A model generated the notes under the pieces. The model was not told where the DNA came from and made no database searches. It saw nothing but the letters and a program-made list of their open reading frames with translations. From the NCBI GenBank assembly GCA_028280285.1, contig JANQMA010000044.1:1521-65520 (forward strand): DNA of 64,000 bases. The letters run 5' to 3'. Origin of the DNA: Candidatus Omnitrophota bacterium (lineage in GTDB: Bacteria > Omnitrophota > Gorgyraeia > Zapsychrales > Zapsychraceae). Of the stretch, positions 21,072 through 29,844 are shown piece after piece (the stretch's first letter is position 1; each line of letters starts with the position of its first letter). The translations under genes and the position numbers were made by a program.

Positions 21072-21557
21072 ATGAACGAAAATAATAGGATTGTTGTAGG
21101 GATAGGTGATCTAAAGACAGGGCAGGCGCCTTCAGTGATTCGTACAACACTTGGTTCGTGTATTGCCGTATGTTTATATGATCAACAAAAAAAGATAGGC
21201 GGGATGCTGCATTTAATGATGGCAGACTCGCGTGTGGCCGGAAACAGGCCGGATATGCGTCGGGCCAAGTATGCCGATACGGGTATTCCGGATCTAATTG
21301 ATGATTTAAAAAACAAACATAATGTCGAGGTTGGGTCGCTTAAGGCCAAAATATTCGGTGGAGCAAAAGTGTTAAAAGTCGTCACAGCGAATATAGGCGA
21401 GGAGAATGAGGAGGCTGCGAGAAAAATTTTGAAAGGTTATAATATCAGTATCGTAGCGGCGAAAACAGGTGGGGAAAAGGGGTACCAAGTTGATTTTTCT
21501 TTAGAAACAGGAAAAATACAATGCCGGATATTCGGGCAAGAACCAGAGGAGTATTAA
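21072..21557 (+). CDS. cheD: Chemoreceptor glutamine deamidase CheD
   Basis: VGIGDLK...LGSCIAVCLYD is conserved in CheD. Confidence 0.85.
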   Translation: MNENNRIVVGIGDLKTGQAPSVIRTTLGSCIAVCLYDQQKKIGGMLHLMMADSRVAGNRPDMRRAKYADTGIPDLIDDLKNKHNVEVGSLKAKIFGGAKVLKVVTANIGEENEEAARKILKGYNISIVAAKTGGEKGYQVDFSLETGKIQCRIFGQEPEEY

Positions 21558-21558
21558 T

Positions 21559-22161
21559 ATGTCGGAGACTACCAGACTTGATAAAATGATCCAGCTTGTT
21601 GCTGAGCAAGCTATTGAAAAATCATCGCAGGTATTATCCAAGTTGCTTAAACAGGGAGCTAAGATTGAACTCAAACAAGTTTCTTTAATGGATATAGCTC
21701 TTGTAACGGAAAAGATGAATGAAGAAGATAAGGAAGTTGTGGCTGCATTCATCGGGCTTGAGGGTGACGCTCCGTTTAAATTTTTATTTTCTGTTGGCAT
21801 GGCAGATGCACTTCAGATAACAGATTTATTTTTAGGTCAGGAAACAGGAACGACCATAGCTTTCGATGATATGACGGCCAGTGCTGTGCAGGAAGTCGGC
21901 AATATTCTATCGAGTGCTATCTCCAATGTCTTTTCTCAAGATTTTCAGGTGGAGATGAAGCCGACACCGCCTGAAGTCATTCAGGATTATTTGGGGACGC
22001 TATTCCAACAATTCATTATGGATCTGGCAATGGAATCGGATCAGATTTTGATTATCGAAAGTAAGTTTAAAATTGTTCGCAGCGAACTTGATTGTTATAT
22101 GTATCTTCTGCCGCTTGCGGGAAGTACTGAGGCGTTGGGTATGGCAACGGGGATGAAATAA
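21559..22161 (+). CDS. cheC: CheC-family CheY-P phosphatase
   Basis: E-x2-N motif (QEVGNILSSAISN). About 200 aa, adjacent to cheD as in Bacillus-type systems. Confidence 0.6.
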   Translation: MSETTRLDKMIQLVAEQAIEKSSQVLSKLLKQGAKIELKQVSLMDIALVTEKMNEEDKEVVAAFIGLEGDAPFKFLFSVGMADALQITDLFLGQETGTTIAFDDMTASAVQEVGNILSSAISNVFSQDFQVEMKPTPPEVIQDYLGTLFQQFIMDLAMESDQILIIESKFKIVRSELDCYMYLLPLAGSTEALGMATGMK

Positions 22162-22201
22162 TAAACATTTAACTAACATAATCAAACTATAGGAGTAAAC
22201 A

Positions 22202-22564
22202 ATGAGCAGAAAGCTACTATTAGTCGATGATGCTCCCATTATCCGCCTGAAATTAAAGAATATATTACAGGCGCAAAATTATGAGGTTGTCGGCGAGGCC
22301 AATAATGGCGTGGAAGCTATCGAAAAATACAAGGAGCTTAAGCCGGACCTTGTGACCATGGACATTGTTATGCCGGAGAAAGATGGTATCGAAGCGTTAG
22401 GCGATATTTTAAAGATCGACAGCAATGCCAAGGTTGTTATGGTGACCGCGATCGATCAGCGTGATTCTTTGATGAAAGCTATTCAGTTGGGGGCTGTCGA
22501 TTACATTATCAAACCCTTTGAAGATGAGCGTGTTATCGAGGCGATTAATAAGGCGGCGGGGTAG
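22202..22564 (+). CDS. cheY: Chemotaxis response regulator CheY
   Basis: Single REC domain, 120 aa (LLVDDAPIIR...DIVMPEKDG...KP). Confidence 0.85.
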   Translation: MSRKLLLVDDAPIIRLKLKNILQAQNYEVVGEANNGVEAIEKYKELKPDLVTMDIVMPEKDGIEALGDILKIDSNAKVVMVTAIDQRDSLMKAIQLGAVDYIIKPFEDERVIEAINKAAG

Positions 22565-22578
22565 GGTCGGGCAGGCGT

Positions 22579-23130
22579 ATGGATACGAATGCAATATTAA
22601 CACAAGCCCTTACAGAGTCTGTCGATGAGATGGCAGGCATTATCTCTCTTTCCCCTAAGATAATTGATGAAGATATAGCCCAGAGTGTTGAAGAGGGTGT
22701 TAGCAGTAAGATTTTTATTAAGGGAGCTTTTAACGGACGGATTATATTTCTTACTGATACCAAGAGTGCGTGTCAGATTGTCTCTAATATGCTTGGTACG
22801 GCTGTAGAAGAATGTACGGATGAGGTGTTGGACGGCATTGGAGAAGTGGTTAATATGGCAATCGGTGGGATAAAATCGCGGTGTGTCAATCAAGGTTATA
22901 ATTTTGAAATTAGTATTCCTAGTACACGTGTTTTAACCCGAAAAGAGGGGCCTGTCACATCTAAAGGAGAACTCATTCAAAAAGATTTCGTATCGGATGA
23001 TATTAAGTTTCAGATAAGGTTAATTTATCGCGTTGCCGAGGGAACGGAGAAGGAGGAGCCGCCACAGGAAGAAACGAAAAAGCCGTCGGCGGCTGACCTG
23101 TTGAGTCAGATGATTAATAAAAAAGACTAG
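22579..23130 (+). CDS. cheX: CheX-family CheY-P phosphatase
   Basis: GEVVNMAIGGIKSR E-x2-N motif. Paralogous to the ORF at 11829. Confidence 0.6.
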   Translation: MDTNAILTQALTESVDEMAGIISLSPKIIDEDIAQSVEEGVSSKIFIKGAFNGRIIFLTDTKSACQIVSNMLGTAVEECTDEVLDGIGEVVNMAIGGIKSRCVNQGYNFEISIPSTRVLTRKEGPVTSKGELIQKDFVSDDIKFQIRLIYRVAEGTEKEEPPQEETKKPSAADLLSQMINKKD

Positions 23131-23139
23131 GAGCATCTT

Positions 23140-23415
23140 ATGAATCTACAAAATTTAAAAAGGGCTCAATTTATTCAAAGATTTGCCGTTATTGTGGCTT
23201 TTTATTTTTTTATAAGGGCCATTGTTCAAATTTTTTCGGTAAAGCAGGGCGCTGCCGAACATATCGCTAATTACTTGGTTATTGTTATCTTTCATTCTTT
23301 GATTTTACAAATTGTCAAAGCAGAGCAATATAGAAAGTTAAATCAATTACTTCCTCTTGAAATCATTATGTTCCTCGCAGCTTTTCTCTTAATCGGTTTA
23401 GAGTTTATTTATTAA
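23140..23415 (+). CDS. Small hydrophobic hypothetical protein
   Basis: 91-aa ORF with two hydrophobic segments inside the che operon. No family recognised. Confidence 0.3.
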   Translation: MNLQNLKRAQFIQRFAVIVAFYFFIRAIVQIFSVKQGAAEHIANYLVIVIFHSLILQIVKAEQYRKLNQLLPLEIIMFLAAFLLIGLEFIY

Positions 23416-23419
23416 TTTT

Positions 23420-24376
23420 ATGAATAAGGCAGACGATTTTAGTTTAAAGGGTGTTAAAGTTCTCGTTGCTGAAGATGACATTTCGATTCAGAAGGTTGTT
23501 AAATTTTATCTGGAAAAATTTGGCTGTGTGGTTGATGTAGTTGAAGATGGGCGTGCGGCTGTTGGAAACGTCCAAAACAATGAGTATGACATTTGTTTTT
23601 TTGATATGAATATGCCTGAAATGGGAGGGTGCGAAGCAACGCAGACCATCCGTCAAGAAAAGGCAAACAATATTCCGATTATTGCTATGACAGCGGCGGA
23701 TTCGGCTGATGATAAAGAACAATGTATGACGGCCGGAATGGATGATATTATTACAAAGCCTATTGATTTTATTAAATTTAAAGAAATGATTGCCGCTTAT
23801 AGTAAAGAGGGGAGTCTGCAGTTTGGTATGGAACAAAAAGAATTTCTGGAATTGGCTATTTTTGACTCGGTTCATGATGCATTTACTTTTAATGAAAATA
23901 CTCCTGATTTAATCAAAGATGAGAATATAATCGATGCGCAAGAAGGTGTTTTCAGCACGATGGATTTAACAGGTAATATTTCTGGTACAACTTCGATTTT
24001 TGTTTCGAAAGAGTATGGGAGTGAGATTGTTTCAAAGATGTTAAACAAAAAATCACAAGAATTTTCAGAAGAAACGTTGGATGGCATGGGGGAAATTCTC
24101 AATATCATCAACGGAGGCATTAAAACAAGGTGCGCGTCTATTAATTATCAGTATGAAATAGGTCTGCCTAATACGAAGGTTTGTAGCGCTGCGGATGCAC
24201 AATTATCAGAGTATGATAATACCGTACAACATCACTATCTAGTTTTTGGGAATATTCACTTTCAAATAACCTTATCTTTTAATATTTCTTCTGGTGAGGC
24301 AAAGCAAGCCGCCGGAGAAACAACAAAGACGTCATATGCTGTTGATCTCTTAACGCAGTTAATAACAAAGCACTAA
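23420..24376 (+). CDS. Response-regulator receiver domain fused to CheX-like phosphatase domain
   Basis: N-terminal REC (VLVAEDDISIQ...DMNMPEMGG...KP), C-terminal GEILNIINGGIKTR CheX motif. Confidence 0.7.
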   Translation: MNKADDFSLKGVKVLVAEDDISIQKVVKFYLEKFGCVVDVVEDGRAAVGNVQNNEYDICFFDMNMPEMGGCEATQTIRQEKANNIPIIAMTAADSADDKEQCMTAGMDDIITKPIDFIKFKEMIAAYSKEGSLQFGMEQKEFLELAIFDSVHDAFTFNENTPDLIKDENIIDAQEGVFSTMDLTGNISGTTSIFVSKEYGSEIVSKMLNKKSQEFSEETLDGMGEILNIINGGIKTRCASINYQYEIGLPNTKVCSAADAQLSEYDNTVQHHYLVFGNIHFQITLSFNISSGEAKQAAGETTKTSYAVDLLTQLITKH

Positions 24377-24409
24377 ATAGTGATTGTCATTTTTTAAACA
24401 ATAAACTTT

Positions 24410-24475
24410 AAACATTAAACAGATTTAGTCAAAGGGTGTAATGTTGATTGTTTAATGTTTAACTATTTGTTTTGA
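24410..24475. terminator. Bidirectional hairpin terminator between convergent REC-CheX and yqhA-like gene
   Basis: AAACATTAAACAG pairs with TTGTTTAATGTTT (12/13 bp stem), followed by a T-rich tract. Confidence 0.5.
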
Positions 24476-24483
24476 AGTGGGCA

Positions 24484-25035
24484 TTAATCGATTTTGCGGA
24501 TAAAAAAGGTGCAGGCGGAGACCATGAGAATCGCTGCGCCCAGATAAAGCATTTCGAGTGGCGTACTAAAGTGAGAGGAGAGGATGGTTTTAAAGAAGTA
24601 GACGACAAGGACCATCACAATCACTTTGAGTAGTTTATTTTTAAGCCCATCAAGTGATGTAATCTCGAGAATATTAACATCTTTATCGTACTTGGCTGGA
24701 TCGATTTTCGATATAAAGAGTTCATAGACGCCGAAGCTAAAAATTAAAAGCACAATGCCAATTAAGTACAGATCGACCGCGCTGATAATGTTTATCACGA
24801 GATCATTGTAGCTTGGTTCAATAGACAGTGATGTGATAAAATATTGGATGCCTTGCATGATTTGAATGCTGCCGGCCACAAAAAGGGCCAGGGCAGAAAG
24901 AAGCGAAAAAAAGACGGCCAGAAAGGTTATAATACGTGATTTCCACAGAAAAGTTTCAACGAATAACTCGGCTTTTTTATCTGCTTGCTCACTCATAGAC
25001 AGTATTAGTTTAGAGAAGGGTTGGTGATTTGTCAA
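24484..25035 (-). CDS. YqhA/UPF0114-family membrane protein
   Basis: The pattern VDLYLIGIVLLIFSFGVYELFISKID...SLDGLKNKLL parallels E. coli YqhA. Confidence 0.55.
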   Translation of the reverse strand: MTNHQPFSKLILSMSEQADKKAELFVETFLWKSRIITFLAVFFSLLSALALFVAGSIQIMQGIQYFITSLSIEPSYNDLVINIISAVDLYLIGIVLLIFSFGVYELFISKIDPAKYDKDVNILEITSLDGLKNKLLKVIVMVLVVYFFKTILSSHFSTPLEMLYLGAAILMVSACTFFIRKID

Positions 25036-25129
25036 ACGAACCGTTAATTTTTAATATTTTTTGCTTTTATGATGTTTTGCTCTTAAAATAAAAGGCGTGC
25101 CGGTTAAATAATCAACCGCATAATATATC

Positions 25130-25636
25130 ATGGATGATAGATCTCAGGGAAAAAAGCCTTTTATCAAACGTATAGGCGGCTATTTACATAAAGTTACACC
25201 GATTGTTGATGGCACCGGCAAGGTAATAAACAGCATTGTTACCCCGTTTCAAGTTGAGCTTAAGCCTAGAGACATTTTTCAAATGATTGTCGGGGCATAC
25301 ATTTTGTGTGTGCCCGTTGCTTTTACTGAAGAAGTTTGGACTCTTTCGCAGGAACTTCCGCTCAAAAATGTGATGTATGTTGCCGGGATGTCGGTGTTTT
25401 TTGTGGCTTGTTATGTGTATTTCAATTTTTACCGGTATAATCTTAAAGAAAATATTTTTGAGTACATAAAGCGCGTCATTGCAACCTACGGGGTTTCTTT
25501 ACTTGCCGTCGGGTTGTTTTTGACGGTCATAGATAAATGCCCCTGGCAGACCGATATGATTTTGGCTGTTAAAAGGATTATTCTTGTCACCTTTCCTTCT
25601 TCGATGGCTGCGACCATCAGTGATACGATTAAATAA
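25130..25636 (+). CDS. Hypothetical integral membrane protein
   Basis: Several hydrophobic helices. No confident family assignment. Confidence 0.4.
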   Translation: MDDRSQGKKPFIKRIGGYLHKVTPIVDGTGKVINSIVTPFQVELKPRDIFQMIVGAYILCVPVAFTEEVWTLSQELPLKNVMYVAGMSVFFVACYVYFNFYRYNLKENIFEYIKRVIATYGVSLLAVGLFLTVIDKCPWQTDMILAVKRIILVTFPSSMAATISDTIK

Positions 25637-25642
25637 TATCTG

Positions 25643-26152
25643 ATGAAAGTTAAAACTATTACTGTTAATGACAAAATGCAAAAGCGTTATCGGTATGAAC
25701 TAGCCGAGCCGATGGGTAAAAACTTTGATAAAGAGTTTAAGCCTGAGCTTACGCCTAAAGAGATGCTCGCGCTGGGTATTTTTGGCGGCAAGTATATGAC
25801 CGATTGTGCCAAAGAGTTTCCGGCGGATTGGTTTAAAGAAGCAAAGCTTTGCACCAAACGTCATGATCCGACATTAAACTGCTTTGGTGTTAATGCCAGC
25901 CAACCGCTTAAAGAATGGGAAAAGAAGGGCTGGATCCACCCCGCCGATCCGCGTGGTTGGTTTCAGTGGTATTGCCGTTATTATATGGGACGGCGCATGC
26001 CGGAGGAAGATCAGCGCCAGATCAAACGCTGGAAAGCGATTAGACGACACATCGCCCAAATCAAAAAATACTGCTCCAAAGGCGACCTTAGTTGCCGCCC
26101 CCGCCAACGTCAGGCTGTTCTCCACTGGGCCTATGACAGCCGGAAAATTTAA
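25643..26152 (+). CDS. Conserved hypothetical protein (Trp/Cys/Arg-rich, basic)
   Basis: ORF with SD-like context. Motif GWFQWYCRYYMGRR. Family not recognised. Confidence 0.4.
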   Translation: MKVKTITVNDKMQKRYRYELAEPMGKNFDKEFKPELTPKEMLALGIFGGKYMTDCAKEFPADWFKEAKLCTKRHDPTLNCFGVNASQPLKEWEKKGWIHPADPRGWFQWYCRYYMGRRMPEEDQRQIKRWKAIRRHIAQIKKYCSKGDLSCRPRQRQAVLHWAYDSRKI

Positions 26153-26202
26153 AAAGAAAAAAATAGTTAAAAAGTAGTGCCTGGCACTACTTTTTACAGG
26201 TA

Positions 26203-26631
26203 CTATTTATTCTTGAATATATTCTTCGAAGGATCTTTGATTGCGGCTTTAATCTGTGCGATAACAGCTGCACGCTCGGTTTCGATTTTTTTAACCATGG
26301 CCGGCGGCGCAGCGGTGTTAGGATCGTGATGAGCGCCCCAGATGGACATCTCAAGCAAGACAGGAATAAGGTCAATACCTTTTGGAGTGAGGTCATAGAT
26401 ATTAACTTTGCTGTTGTTTGGGTCCTTGCTTTTGACAACAATGCCTTCTTTCTCGAGCAGGCTTAAGCGGTTGGCCAGGATATTGGTGGCAATGCCTTCC
26501 GGAGAATTTTTAAGTTCGCCGTAGGTTTTTTTATTAAACAGGATAAGGTCGCGGATAATAAGCAGAGTCCACTTATCCCCAAAGATCTCCAAGGCAAAAT
26601 TGACAGGGCAATGCGAACGATTTTTTTTCAT
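26203..26631 (-). CDS. HxlR-family winged-helix transcriptional regulator
   Basis: CPVNFALEIFGDKWTLLIIRDL is the HxlR signature. Confidence 0.8.
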   Translation of the reverse strand: MKKNRSHCPVNFALEIFGDKWTLLIIRDLILFNKKTYGELKNSPEGIATNILANRLSLLEKEGIVVKSKDPNNSKVNIYDLTPKGIDLIPVLLEMSIWGAHHDPNTAAPPAMVKKIETERAAVIAQIKAAIKDPSKNIFKNK

Positions 26632-26650
26632 ACTTTCAGTATAATCTTTT

Positions 26651-26705
26651 TACTTGCAAAACACAAGTAAATGTGTATACTTATATTAGTTGCAAAATGC
26701 AAGTA
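26651..26705. promoter_or_regulatory. Two palindromic operator-like sites in the hxlR/GST divergent region
   Basis: TACTTGCAAAACACAAGTA is a perfect 6-7-6 palindrome. TAGTTGCAAAATGCAAGTA is a near-identical second copy 36 bp away. Confidence 0.55.
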
Positions 26706-26807
26706 ATATATGGATATGTAAAATTGATAATGAGGTTAGAGGTGAAATTTAGAAATTGACTTTAACCCTTAACCTGTGACCTTTAACCTAACACAAGGAG
26801 AAAAAAG

Positions 26808-27470
26808 ATGATCAAACTTTACGGAATACCGGTTTCAAATAATGTCAACAAAGTAAGATATTGTCTTAACTATTTGGGGCTTGAATATGAATTTACTCCG
26901 ACTAATCCTATAGAAGGAGAGAATCACGCAGAAGACTACCTTGCTATTTGTCCGACGGCAAAAATTCCAGCCATGAGTGATGATGGATTTAATTTATTTG
27001 AAAGTCATGCGATCAATCGTTATTTGGCAACACGTGAAAATTCATCTATTTATCCGGCAGATGTGAAACAGCGTGCCGAAGTCGATGCATGGTCCGATTA
27101 TGTTAATATTCATGTGGCCGGTGCAGTCTCGCGCGTTGTCTTTAATCGTCTTTTGGCGCCTATTGTCGGGGCAGAAGTAGATGAAAAATCCATTGAGGCC
27201 GGACTCAGCTTCCTCGATAAACAGCTGCCTGTTCTTGATAAACAACTGTCGGCTAATATATATTTAGCCGGGAAAGAACTTACCTTAGCGGATATTGCTT
27301 TACTCGCTACATTAGATCCTTGCGAGGGGGCAGGGATTGATTTATCCCCCTATCAGAATATCATTAAGTGGCGGGAAGGACTCAAGGTACAGGCTTTTTA
27401 TCAAAAGTGTTATAAGGATTTCACCATTTTTGTTCAAGAAGCCATGCAGCAAATGATGGCGAGTAAGTAG
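26808..27470 (+). CDS. Glutathione S-transferase
   Basis: GST N-terminal thioredoxin-like fold and C-terminal helical domain. 220 aa. Confidence 0.8.
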   Translation: MIKLYGIPVSNNVNKVRYCLNYLGLEYEFTPTNPIEGENHAEDYLAICPTAKIPAMSDDGFNLFESHAINRYLATRENSSIYPADVKQRAEVDAWSDYVNIHVAGAVSRVVFNRLLAPIVGAEVDEKSIEAGLSFLDKQLPVLDKQLSANIYLAGKELTLADIALLATLDPCEGAGIDLSPYQNIIKWREGLKVQAFYQKCYKDFTIFVQEAMQQMMASK

Positions 27471-27557
27471 AATTAAGGGGACACAATACTTAATTGATTA
27501 GAAGTTATTTAATTAAGTATTGTGTCCCCTTAATTCCATTTGTTATACTTTCTTATC

Positions 27558-28232
27558 ATGAAGACTTTTGTGATAGGTGACATTCATGGCGCACATAAGG
27601 CGCTTATACAATGCCTTAAAAAAGCAAAATTTAATTATAAGAAGGACCGTTTGATTGTCCTTGGGGATGTGTGTGACCGTCATCGGGAAGTTGGCGAGTG
27701 TATCGATGAGCTTTTGCAAATCGATAATTGTGACTATATCATCGGTAATCATGATTTATGGACGCTTGATTGGGTACAAAAAGGTGTGAAGGATGAATTA
27801 TGGCTCAAGCAAGGCGGAATGGACACGATCGCTTCTTATGAAAAACGCGAAATGCCTCAAGCGCATATTGATTTTCTGAGTGGAGGCTGCGCCTGGATTG
27901 TCTTTGATAATAAACTGTTTGTGCATGGGGGGTTTAATCATGAAATCCCGATCGAAAAGCAGGATTTTGATATTTTGGCCTGGGACCGGGACCTGATCCG
28001 CAATGCGGTTGAGATGAATTTACAGGATAAGAAGTATAAGTTTGGCGGATACGAAGAGGTGTATATCGGACACACGCCGACTGATCATTTTGGTTCGGAT
28101 AAACCGCTTCATTTCTGTAACGTCTGGGATATGGATACCGGGGCCGGTCATGGTGGGAAATTAACGATTATGAATGTTGCCACAAAAAAGTTCTGGCAAT
28201 CTGATCCTACATCCGTATTGTACGATCATTAA
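27558..28232 (+). CDS. Calcineurin-like metallophosphoesterase (Ser/Thr phosphatase / ApaH-like)
   Basis: GDIHG, GDVCDR and GNHD motifs. Start moved to MKTFVIGDIHG. Confidence 0.75.
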   Translation: MKTFVIGDIHGAHKALIQCLKKAKFNYKKDRLIVLGDVCDRHREVGECIDELLQIDNCDYIIGNHDLWTLDWVQKGVKDELWLKQGGMDTIASYEKREMPQAHIDFLSGGCAWIVFDNKLFVHGGFNHEIPIEKQDFDILAWDRDLIRNAVEMNLQDKKYKFGGYEEVYIGHTPTDHFGSDKPLHFCNVWDMDTGAGHGGKLTIMNVATKKFWQSDPTSVLYDH

Positions 28233-28412
28233 GCTGATTGACAGAGTAAATAACATGTGTTATCCTTTTAGCACGATGAATAATTTAACGATTAAAACAA
28301 TGCATTCAATCTGTCTTGCGCTTTTTCCTGTCTGGAGAAAGCTGCCGACGAGGAGGTGTGCGTTTTAGATCGTTAATTGTGTAATATAAATTAGAGATTT
28401 TTAAAAACCGCC

Positions 28413-28448
28413 AACTCCAGCAATGTGAGTTGGCGGTTTTTTTTGTTT
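28413..28448 (+). terminator. Rho-independent terminator
   Basis: CCGCCAACTC-cagcaatgt-GAGTTGGCGG gives a perfect 10-bp stem followed by T8. Confidence 0.85.
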
Positions 28449-28454
28449 ATACAT

Positions 28455-28550
28455 GGTTGAAGGGCTAGGGGGTAAAAGGGTTAAAGGGATTGAGTTTCCT
28501 TTAACCCTCTAACCCTCTAACCCTTTGCCCCTTTATCCCTAATCCCTTAT
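28455..28550. repeat. G-rich / C-rich strand-asymmetric palindromic element (G-quadruplex motif plus i-motif arm, TTAGGG-like units)
   Basis: G arm GGGctaGGGGGtaaaaGGGttaaaGGG. C arm CCCtctaaCCCtctaaCCCtttgCCCCtttatCCCtaatCCC. Central perfect 11-bp hairpin AGGGTTAAAGG/CCTTTAACCCT. Confidence 0.7.
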
Positions 28551-28562
28551 TAAAGGATAAAA

Positions 28563-29417
28563 ATGATTCATTTCAAACTAACAATCATGGCGCTTTTATG
28601 GGCGGGAGGCTTTGTCGCCGGCAAGATTATTGTCGATTACGCAGGCCCTTTTACGGTGGCATTTTTCCGTTTTTTTATCGCCACAGGAATTCTGGTTGTG
28701 ATCTTAATGCGCGATAAGCCGGTTTGCACCAAGATCAACCTTAAGTTATTTACTATGGTTGCTGCGGCCGCGTTTACGGGAGAGGTGCTTTATAACTATT
28801 TATTTTTCTCAGGTATCAAATTAACTGATGCCGGGCAGAGCTCCGTTATATTAAGCATTACGCCTATTGCGATGATGATAGCCTCCTATGTTTTATTTGG
28901 GGAAAAACTGAAATTAGCCGGTCTATTGGGAGTTGCCATTTCCATTATTGGGGCATGGGTTGTTATTTCCCAAGGCAATTTAGGATCGGTATTATCGCAA
29001 ATCGGTCTTGGGGAAATATATATCCTTTTGTGTGTTATATGTGTCATTGCATTTGCGTTTTTATCTAAAGAGGTATTGAATCATTTAAGTCCGTTGGTCA
29101 CGCTTGTGTACCTTTCGGCGCTGGGCACTATGTTTCTCATGGGGCCGGCTTTTTTTGAAATGCAGCAAACACCAGTGGAGGTTTCAACACAATTTGTCGT
29201 TAGTTTGTTGTATATGGCCATCGGGCCATCAGTGTTTGCTGTCATGTATTATTACGAAGGCATTGCTCAGATTGGTCCGTCGAAAGCAAGCCAATATATG
29301 AATCTTGTCCCGGTTTTTTCGGTACTATTGGCTTTTCTAATACTTGGCGAAGAACTTTCCGCCTCACTGATTCTGGGAGGTGGGATGGTGACAACTGGAT
29401 TGTACCTTGCAAAATAA
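28563..29417 (+). CDS. EamA/DMT-superfamily transporter
   Basis: Ten TM segments in duplicated EamA architecture. Confidence 0.8.
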   Translation: MIHFKLTIMALLWAGGFVAGKIIVDYAGPFTVAFFRFFIATGILVVILMRDKPVCTKINLKLFTMVAAAAFTGEVLYNYLFFSGIKLTDAGQSSVILSITPIAMMIASYVLFGEKLKLAGLLGVAISIIGAWVVISQGNLGSVLSQIGLGEIYILLCVICVIAFAFLSKEVLNHLSPLVTLVYLSALGTMFLMGPAFFEMQQTPVEVSTQFVVSLLYMAIGPSVFAVMYYYEGIAQIGPSKASQYMNLVPVFSVLLAFLILGEELSASLILGGGMVTTGLYLAK

Positions 29418-29418
29418 G

Positions 29419-29483
29419 TGATCCGTGATCAGTGGTCTGTGATCTGAATAATATCTTTCAGACCACAGGCCACAGATCACAGG
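29419..29483. repeat. Degenerate palindrome built from GTGATC/CACAG units
   Basis: GTGATCCGTGATCAGTGGTCTGTGATCTG ... CAGACCACAGGCCACAGATCACAGG, with several alternative 7-10 bp stems. Confidence 0.6.
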
Positions 29484-29492
29484 AGAAAGGAG

Positions 29493-29732
29493 GTGATAAA
29501 GATGCAGGAAAGATTAGTCTTCGAAGAAGATGAATACCAGTCAATCAAGGCTGATGAAACACTCAAAGCAACAGCTTTGATTTATCTTCAAGATGCTATA
29601 GCTAATGAGCGTTATGAAGAGGCGGCTGAATTGCTTCAGCCGGCTAAACGGTTTGGGGCTTCCAAAGAAGAAATAGCAGCAGTTATTGCTAATACAATTG
29701 TGAAGCGACAAAACAGAATTGCCCGCTTTTAA
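29493..29732 (+). CDS. Small UVR-motif-containing protein (hypothetical)
   Basis: AIANERYEEAAELL resembles the UvrB/UvrC (UVR) motif. Confidence 0.35.
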   Translation: MIKMQERLVFEEDEYQSIKADETLKATALIYLQDAIANERYEEAAELLQPAKRFGASKEEIAAVIANTIVKRQNRIARF

Positions 29733-29844
29733 GGCATATCAATTAACCTGGAATGGAGGAATACAATATGCCTTATTGTGGTAAAATTGGGGACAGTTCC
29801 CCATGGGGAGCTGTCCTTAAACTGTTAAAAGAAAGGATGAGCGC

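Noticed and set aside
28455-28550. Telomeric repeat / CRISPR array
   Set aside because: TTAGGG-like units are few, irregular and arranged as a palindrome. There are no regularly spaced identical repeats with unique spacers anywhere in the window, so it is neither a telomere nor a CRISPR array.
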